A stretch of 11,511 nt of DNA from assembly GCA_003559395.1 (NCBI GenBank), contig PWLL01000042.1:1-11511 (forward strand), given 5' to 3'. This document shows, in pieces, positions 6,218 through 11,511 of this stretch; the stretch's first letter is position 1, and every line of letters begins with the position of its first letter. The position numbers were made by a program, and so were the translations under genes. The stretch comes from Candidatus Iainarchaeum sp. (GTDB taxonomy: Archaea; Iainarchaeota; Iainarchaeia; Iainarchaeales; CSSED10-239). The notes beneath the pieces were generated by a model that saw nothing but the letters and a program-made list of their open reading frames with translations, did no database searches and was not told where the DNA came from.

Positions 6218-7350
6218 AAAAAATATATTTAGACTATGCAGCAACAACGCCAGTTTCAGAAAAAGTTTATGAAAAAATGAACCCTTTTTTTAGTGATTGT
6301 TATGGAAATCCATCAAGCCTTCATAGCCAAGGAAGAAAAGCAAAAGAAGCAGTAGAAAAAACACGAAAAAATATAAAAAACAAACTAAATGCAAAAAAAC
6401 ATAAGTTGGTGTTTACTTCAGGTGGGACAGAAAGCAATAATTTAGCAATAAAAGGACTAGCGTATAAAAACCCATCAAAGAAGCACATAATAACAACAAA
6501 AATAGAACACGATTGCGTTTTAAACACATGTAAGTGGCTAGAAAAACAAGGGTACGAAATAACCTATTTATCAGTAGATGAAGAAGGGTTTGTAAACCTT
6601 GAAGAACTTGAAAAAAACATAAAAAAAGAAACCCTACTTGTCTCCATAATACACGCCAACAACGAAATAGGAACCATACAAGACTTGAAAAAAATAAGCC
6701 AAATATGTCATCAAAAAGGAACAATTCTGCATAGTGACGCCTGTCAAAGCTTTACAAAAGTCCCAATAGATGTTATAGAAGAAGATATAGACCTATTAAC
6801 AATAAACGCACACAAGATATATGGCCCAAAAGGAGTCGGAGCACTACTTATAAAAGATTACCTAAATGTTGAACCCCTGTTTCATGGAGGACACCACGAA
6901 GAAGGAATAAGAAGCGGAACCTTAAACGTTTCAGGAATTGTTGGTTTTGGAGAAGCAATTAATGAAATTTCTTTAAAAAATATTGAACATATGACAAAAC
7001 TAAGAAACAAAATGATAAAAGAACTTAAAAACATAAAAGACGTTAGAATCAATGGAAGTTTAGAAAAAAGACTTTGTAATAACATTAATGTGACTTTTAA
7101 AGATGCAGAAGGAGAATCAATTGTACTTCATCTGGATAATAGAGGCATCTTTGCATCAACTGGCTCCGCATGCTCATCAAACACCCTTAAATCAAGTCAT
7201 GTTCTTTCAGCAATCGGACTAAAACAAGAAGATTCACACGGATCTGTTAGATTTAGTTTAGGAAAAGAAACAACTGAAGAAGATATAGACTATGTAATAA
7301 CCAATATTAAAGAAACAATTTCATTATTAAGAGAAATGAATCCCCTATAA
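6214..7350 (+). CDS. nifS: Cysteine desulfurase, NifS/IscS type (class V PLP aminotransferase fold).
   Basis: Motifs present: IYLDYAATTP, FTSGGTESNNLAIKG, HANNEIGTIQD, HSDACQSF, INAHKIYGPKGVGALLIK (PLP lysine), RSGTLNVSGIVGFGEA, STGSACSS (catalytic Cys loop) and GSVRFSLG. Confidence 0.95.
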   Translation: MKKIYLDYAATTPVSEKVYEKMNPFFSDCYGNPSSLHSQGRKAKEAVEKTRKNIKNKLNAKKHKLVFTSGGTESNNLAIKGLAYKNPSKKHIITTKIEHDCVLNTCKWLEKQGYEITYLSVDEEGFVNLEELEKNIKKETLLVSIIHANNEIGTIQDLKKISQICHQKGTILHSDACQSFTKVPIDVIEEDIDLLTINAHKIYGPKGVGALLIKDYLNVEPLFHGGHHEEGIRSGTLNVSGIVGFGEAINEISLKNIEHMTKLRNKMIKELKNIKDVRINGSLEKRLCNNINVTFKDAEGESIVLHLDNRGIFASTGSACSSNTLKSSHVLSAIGLKQEDSHGSVRFSLGKETTEEDIDYVITNIKETISLLREMNPL

Positions 7351-7362
7351 ATTGTGATAAAA

Positions 7363-7704
7363 ATGGTAGAATATTCAAAAAAAGTAATGGATAATTTTTT
7401 TAGACCTAAAAATATGGGTGAAATAAAAGAGGCAGACGGTGTTGGAAAAGTAGGTAACAAAGTCTGTGGAGATATTATGTACATCTATATAAAAGTTGAA
7501 AAAAAAGAAAACAAAGAATATATAAAAGAAATTAAATTTAAAACCCTTGGATGTGCAGCCGCAATAGCAACATCATCCATAATAACAGAAATTGCAAAAG
7601 GAAAAACAATAGAAGATGCAAAAAAAATAACCAAAGAAGATGTTGCTGAACAATTAGGTGGGTTACCACCAATAAAGATGCACTGTTCTAATCTTTCTTC
7701 ATAA
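7363..7704 (+). CDS. iscU: Fe-S cluster assembly scaffold IscU/NifU N-terminal-domain type. The frame is closed by a TAA at 7702-7704, but conserved IscU C-terminal helix sequence continues in frame to 7749.
   Basis: YSKKVMDNFFRPKNMGEI opens the protein. The three cluster-ligand cysteine motifs are GNKVCGD, LGCAAAIATSS and LPPIKMHCS. After the TAA the same frame reads ALKRAIDDYLSKNK then TAA, matching the usual HCSvLAe(D/E)AlkaAi.dY ending. Confidence 0.9.
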   Translation: MVEYSKKVMDNFFRPKNMGEIKEADGVGKVGNKVCGDIMYIYIKVEKKENKEYIKEIKFKTLGCAAAIATSSIITEIAKGKTIEDAKKITKEDVAEQLGGLPPIKMHCSNLSS

Positions 7705-7774
7705 GCATTGAAAAGAGCAATTGATGATTATTTATCTAAGAATAAATAACGCCTAAAAAAGCAAAACAGACCAA

Positions 7775-7786
7775 TTTTATGTTTTT
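7775..7786 (+). terminator. T-rich tract (ttttatgttttt) downstream of iscU.
   Basis: T4 and T5 runs lie between the end of the extended iscU frame and the fic start. A 7-bp inverted repeat, taacgcc (7747-7753) / ggcgtta (7788-7794), brackets the tract. Confidence 0.3.
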
Positions 7787-7803
7787 CGGCGTTAAATACA
7801 TTT

Positions 7804-8772
7804 ATGTACATATCAAAAAAAAAGATAAATAAGAAAAAATACTACTACCTTGAAGAAAAATCAAACAACAAAACAATAACTACATTTATGAGTCCAGAAA
7901 AAATAAAATACGATACTGATTTTTTAAAAATATTTAAAGAACATAGACAAAGATTGGTTCTTAAAAAAATAAAAGAAATTTTAAAAAAATATGATTTAAA
8001 ATACTTAAAACCAACACAAATATATGAACTAGAAAAACTAAAATACAATCTAAAAATATTTAAAAAATATTTTAAAGAAACCTATGTATCATTTTATATA
8101 TATGAATATATAAGATACTATCAAGGAAGTGCATCTGTTGAAGGAAACACCATTGATCTTCAAGAAGCAACTTTAATAATTAAAGAAAATCTTTCCATAG
8201 AAGGAAAAAAACTAGACGAAATAAAAGAAATAAAAAATCTAAAAGAATCTAAAAAAATAATAGACAAAAAACCAGAAATTACAGAAAAAATTATTAAAAA
8301 AATACATAAAACAATTATGAAAGACTTTGAAAATAAAACCCCAGGAGAATATAGAACAATACCAATCTACGTAACAGGATCAGAAATAAAAAGACCATCC
8401 GCAAAAGAAATTTCAAAAAATATGCAAAAAATGATAGAATGGTATAATAAAAATAAAGAAAAAACACATCCTGTAGAACTAACATCAACCAGCCACATAT
8501 GGTTTGAATATATACACCCATTTATAGATGGAAATGGAAGAGTAGGAAGAGAACTTTTGAACCTATTACTATTAAATGACAACTATCCTTACGCAATAAT
8601 TAATCTTAAAAATAGAAATGCATACTACTCTATACTAGAAAACATACAGGAAAAAGGATTTAAAGAACACGTGAAATTTTCAAATTTTGTGTATGAACGA
8701 CTAATAGAAAGATCAAAGATAATCGAAAAAGAAATAGATGAAAATATAGAAGTACTATATAATAAACTTTAA
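7804..8772 (+). CDS. fic: Fic-domain protein (class II, predicted AMPylase with an intramolecular inhibitory helix).
   Basis: The canonical Fic motif HPFIDGNGRVGR lies at 8515-8550. The inhibitory motif (S/T)xxxE(G/N) appears as SASVEG at 8128-8145, upstream in the same polypeptide. The N terminus has the KKKYYYLEEKS element common in Fic family proteins. Confidence 0.9.
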   Translation: MYISKKKINKKKYYYLEEKSNNKTITTFMSPEKIKYDTDFLKIFKEHRQRLVLKKIKEILKKYDLKYLKPTQIYELEKLKYNLKIFKKYFKETYVSFYIYEYIRYYQGSASVEGNTIDLQEATLIIKENLSIEGKKLDEIKEIKNLKESKKIIDKKPEITEKIIKKIHKTIMKDFENKTPGEYRTIPIYVTGSEIKRPSAKEISKNMQKMIEWYNKNKEKTHPVELTSTSHIWFEYIHPFIDGNGRVGRELLNLLLLNDNYPYAIINLKNRNAYYSILENIQEKGFKEHVKFSNFVYERLIERSKIIEKEIDENIEVLYNKL

Positions 8773-8801
8773 AAAAAACCAAAAGAATAATGTGAAACTA
8801 T

Positions 8802-9011
8802 ATGAAAATAACATCAAAAACAAAAATTGCAAAGCTTTTTGCAAAAAAAACATTGTTAAATGTTCTTAAAAAATATGAAGTACCATGCGTGTCATGTCCA
8901 ATAGCAAAACAAGAAATAGATAAAAACTCAATTGGATATGTTTGTGACATCTATGGGTTACCAAAAGAAGAAATAATAAAAGAATTAAATAAAAAAGCAA
9001 AAAGAAATTAA
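8802..9011 (+). CDS. DUF1858-like small CxxC protein (redox-disulfide domain of the type associated with hybrid-cluster proteins).
   Basis: MKITSKTKIAKLF....VLKKYEVPCVSCPIAKQEI......VCDIYGLPKEEIIKELNK follows the DUF1858 pattern (MkIt.dm.I.ev......vf...G..C.gCp.a..etieeaa..hgid.eell.eLn). The gene starts 29 nt after fic. Confidence 0.65.
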   Translation: MKITSKTKIAKLFAKKTLLNVLKKYEVPCVSCPIAKQEIDKNSIGYVCDIYGLPKEEIIKELNKKAKRN

Positions 9012-10969
9012 ACTCTTTCAGCTTTTAAAACATCAACAATCTCAGGATTTACTAAAGTCGTAGTGTTTCCAACATCTTCTTTGCCTTCAGCAATCGCCTT
9101 TAAGATCCTTCTCATTATCTTTCCGCTTCTTGTTTTTGGTAAAGATGTAGAAAACTGAATCTTGTCTGGTTTAGCAATAGGTCCAACTTTTTTAGCAACA
9201 TACCCTCTTAAATCATTTACAAGCTCAGGGCTAATCTCCTGATCATCGTTCATAACAACAAAAGCATAAATCCCTTGACCCTTAATCTCGTGAGAAAAAG
9301 GAACAACCGCAGCTTCTGAAACCCTTAGATCAGAAGCAAGTGTAGCTTCTATCTCAGCAGTACCTAAACGATGTCCAGAAACATTAATAACATCATCAAT
9401 TCTTCCTAACAAGAAAAAATCCCCATCCTGATCAACTTTTGCACCATCTCCAGAAAAATAAACTTTGTTATCTGGCCAATAAGTTTTCAAGTACCTTTCA
9501 TGATCCTTAAAAACAGTTTGCATCATGCCAGGCCATGGCTTTTTAATAACTAAATTTCCACCTTCATTAACATCTGCACGAGAACCATCTTCTTTTAGTA
9601 TCTCAGGAACAACGCCAAAGAAAGGCTTACTTGCAGACCCAGGCTTAAGAACATGCGCGCCAGGAAACGGACACAACAAAAAACCACCAGACTCTGTTTG
9701 CCACCAAGTATCAACTATCGGACATCTTTTTTTACCAATTACTTCATAATACCACAACCAAGCCTCAGGATTTATGGGTTCACCAACAGAACCTAACACC
9801 CTTAAGCTACTCAAATCGCATCTGTTAGGAAAATCATCTCCTTGTTTTTGTAAAGATCTAATAACGGTTGGAGCTGTATAAAATAGATTTACCTTAAACT
9901 TTTCAACAATCTTCCAAAACCTATCAGGCTCAGGATAAGTTGGAACGCCCTCAAACATAATCGTCGTCGCACCATTAGATAAAGGACCATAAACTAAATA
10001 ACTATGCCCAGTAATCCAACCAATATCAGCAGTACACCAAAACACCTCTTGTGGTTTATAATCAAAAATAACTCTAAAAGAATAAAAAACATGCGTTAGA
10101 TATCCGCCAGTAGAATGTAAAATCCCTTTTGGTTTTCCAGTAGTACCAGAAGTATATAATAAAAATAAAGGATCTGAAGAATCCATAATCTCAAAATCAC
10201 AAATATCAGAAATATCATCAGAAAAAACCTCATTTGACCAATAAGTTTCTATATCTTTGTTTAAGATAACAGAATCATCATTTACTCTATTAACAACAAT
10301 AATAGAAATTAAAGAAGCAATATGTGTTTCAAGCACCTCATCTATCTTTTTCTTAAAATGTAATGTTTTTCCGTTTCTATAACCACCATCACAAGTAATC
10401 AACATCTTAGATTCACTAGACTTTATTCTATCTATAAGTGACTCAACAGAAAAACCAGCAAAAACAACAGTATGAATAATGCCTAATCTTGCACAAGCCA
10501 ACATAGAAATTAACAACTCAGGAATCATAGGAAGATAAATAGAAACCCTATCTCCTTTTTTAAGACCTTTTTTCTTAAGCACGTTTGCAAACCTACAAAC
10601 TTCTTTATGAAGCTCTTTGTAAGTATATTTTTTTACTTCATTCTCTTTTTCACCCTGCCAAATAAAAGCAAGTTGATCACCTTTAGTTTCTAAGTGTCTA
10701 TCAAGACAATTGTAACAAGCATTAAGTTTTCCGTTTTTAAACCAGGTAAATTTCTTTTGATCATAGTCATCCCACACAAAAACATCTGTCCAAGATTTGT
10801 TCCAAGACAACTTGTTTGCAACAACTGGCCAAAAAGTATCTGGAGAGTCAATAGATTCTTTATAGAGTTTATTATATTGCTCTTCAGATTTATAATAAGC
10901 ATTTTCACTAAAATCCTTTGAAACCTTAAATCTTCTTTCTTCTTTATTTATTGAATCTATATTAGACAT
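9008..10969 (-). CDS. acs: Acetyl-CoA synthetase (AMP-forming acetate--CoA ligase).
   Basis: This is a full-length 653-aa protein. It has the N-terminal SPDTFW, the AMP-binding motif LLYTSGTTGKPKG, then WCTADIGWITGHSY, DTWWQTE, YFSGDGA, GRIDDVINVSGHRLGT, and PKTRSGKIMRRIL with the catalytic/acetylated Lys. Confidence 0.97.
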   Translation of the reverse strand: MSNIDSINKEERRFKVSKDFSENAYYKSEEQYNKLYKESIDSPDTFWPVVANKLSWNKSWTDVFVWDDYDQKKFTWFKNGKLNACYNCLDRHLETKGDQLAFIWQGEKENEVKKYTYKELHKEVCRFANVLKKKGLKKGDRVSIYLPMIPELLISMLACARLGIIHTVVFAGFSVESLIDRIKSSESKMLITCDGGYRNGKTLHFKKKIDEVLETHIASLISIIVVNRVNDDSVILNKDIETYWSNEVFSDDISDICDFEIMDSSDPLFLLYTSGTTGKPKGILHSTGGYLTHVFYSFRVIFDYKPQEVFWCTADIGWITGHSYLVYGPLSNGATTIMFEGVPTYPEPDRFWKIVEKFKVNLFYTAPTVIRSLQKQGDDFPNRCDLSSLRVLGSVGEPINPEAWLWYYEVIGKKRCPIVDTWWQTESGGFLLCPFPGAHVLKPGSASKPFFGVVPEILKEDGSRADVNEGGNLVIKKPWPGMMQTVFKDHERYLKTYWPDNKVYFSGDGAKVDQDGDFFLLGRIDDVINVSGHRLGTAEIEATLASDLRVSEAAVVPFSHEIKGQGIYAFVVMNDDQEISPELVNDLRGYVAKKVGPIAKPDKIQFSTSLPKTRSGKIMRRILKAIAEGKEDVGNTTTLVNPEIVDVLKAERV

Positions 10970-10974
10970 AAAAA

Positions 10975-10980
10975 CACCTC
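10975..10980 (-). promoter_or_regulatory. Shine-Dalgarno GAGGTG for acs, inside the 11-nt hppA-acs spacer.
   Basis: The minus strand reads TAA GAGGTG TTTTT ATG. The motif is complementary to the conserved CCUCC-containing 3' end of 16S rRNA. Confidence 0.6.
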
Positions 10981-11511
10981 TTAAATAATTAATGGAACAA
11001 AAACTAAAGCAACAATCGTCATTAATTTAATTAAAATATTTATAGAAGGACCACAAGTATCCTTAAAAGGATCACCAACAGTATCTCCTACAACCGCAGC
11101 CTTATGTGCTTCTGAGTTTTTTCCACCAAGATTTCCTTGCTCAATATATTTTTTGGCATTATCCCAAGCACCACCAGAATTGGACATAAAGATGGCCAAC
11201 ACAAAACCAGTTGCAATCGCACCAGCCAAAAAACCACCAACAGCCTCAGCACCTAACAACAAGCCAACAATAATCGGAGAAGAAATCGCAAGACCAGCAG
11301 GCACAAACATACTTTTTAAAGACTGGTTGGTGCTTATTTTTATACATGCGTTATAGTCTGGTTTTGCTTTATTAGTCATTAGTCCTTTTATTGTTTTAAA
11401 CTGCCTTCTAACTTCATTGATTATTTTGTATGCAGCTTTTTCAACAGCATCAATCAAAAATGAACAAAAAACAAAAGGCACCATAGCTCCTAAAAACAAA
11501 CTCACAATCAC
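10981..11511 (-). CDS. hppA: Membrane-bound ion-translocating (H+/Na+) pyrophosphatase, C-terminal 176 codons. The 5' part of the gene lies beyond the right window edge.
   Basis: Motifs present: [44 protein letters not shown], and a hydrophobic C terminus. These are hallmark M-PPase motifs. The ORF is open to the window end. Confidence 0.93.
   Translation of the reverse strand: MIVSLFLGAMVPFVFCSFLIDAVEKAAYKIINEVRRQFKTIKGLMTNKAKPDYNACIKISTNQSLKSMFVPAGLAISSPIIVGLLLGAEAVGGFLAGAIATGFVLAIFMSNSGGAWDNAKKYIEQGNLGGKNSEAHKAAVVGDTVGDPFKDTCGPSINILIKLMTIVALVFVPLII

Noticed and set aside
7747-7794. The hairpin taacgcc / ggcgtta with a 34-nt loop after iscU, considered as a riboswitch or structured RNA.
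   Set aside because: The stem is only 7 bp and encloses an unstructured A/T-rich loop. It is more simply part of the terminator and promoter spacer between iscU and fic.
1-11511. Genome-wide stop-codon reassignment (TGA or TAA read as sense) as the explanation for the in-frame stops in the methyltransferase and iscU.
   Set aside because: All three stop codons end well-defined genes at positions where the protein families normally end. TAA ends radA, nifS, fic, acs and hppA. TGA ends the arsR-like gene and the membrane protein, the latter in an ATGA overlap with nifS. TAG ends the nuclease, the PEP-synthase-like gene and mre11. The two internal stops are also different codons. Local events such as mutation, error or read-through are more parsimonious. 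Selenocysteine is implausible at these non-catalytic positions.
1-11511. CRISPR arrays, transposases or integrases, prophage genes, and rRNA.
   Set aside because: No regularly spaced direct repeats and no ORF with recombinase, transposase or capsid-like motifs were seen. The only tandem repeats are the 36-bp coding repeat in radA and the (GAA)7 tract.

Overview
This is a visibly AT-rich, densely packed window that looks archaeal, probably a small-genome, DPANN-like lineage. The evidence is an archaeal-type RadA with an N-terminal HhH domain, an Mre11-type nuclease, BRE/TATA-like elements about 25 nt upstream of start codons, GGTG-type Shine-Dalgarno sites inside operons, and oligo-T tracts after genes. 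From left to right: (1) on the minus strand, radA followed by a compact restriction-modification pair, a 165-aa PD-(D/E)XK-like nuclease overlapping an SPPY-motif DNA methyltransferase that runs off the left edge; (2) a PEP-synthase-like protein that has the ATP-grasp and phosphohistidine swivel domains but no C-terminal PEP/pyruvate domain; (3) tRNA-Cys(GCA) on the minus strand; (4) an Mre11/SbcD nuclease with no rad50 beside it; (5) a tight four-gene plus-strand operon of an ArsR-family regulator, a 6-TM membrane protein, NifS-type cysteine desulfurase and IscU scaffold; (6) a class II (self-inhibited) Fic AMPylase followed by a DUF1858-like CxxC mini-protein; (7) on the minus strand, the 3' end of a membrane H+/Na+-pyrophosphatase gene followed 11 nt later by AMP-forming acetyl-CoA synthetase. 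I saw no CRISPR array, transposase, integrase or rRNA. The observations most worth follow-up are: two conserved genes (the methyltransferase and iscU) each carry an in-frame stop codon with clearly homologous sequence continuing in frame; RadA has a 36-bp tandem repeat that adds an acidic N-terminal extension; hppA and acs are linked; and a Cys-rich ArsR regulator plus an unknown membrane protein head the Fe-S operon. I cannot point to a clearly novel multi-gene system with confidence. All function calls rest on motifs I recognised by eye, not on database searches.
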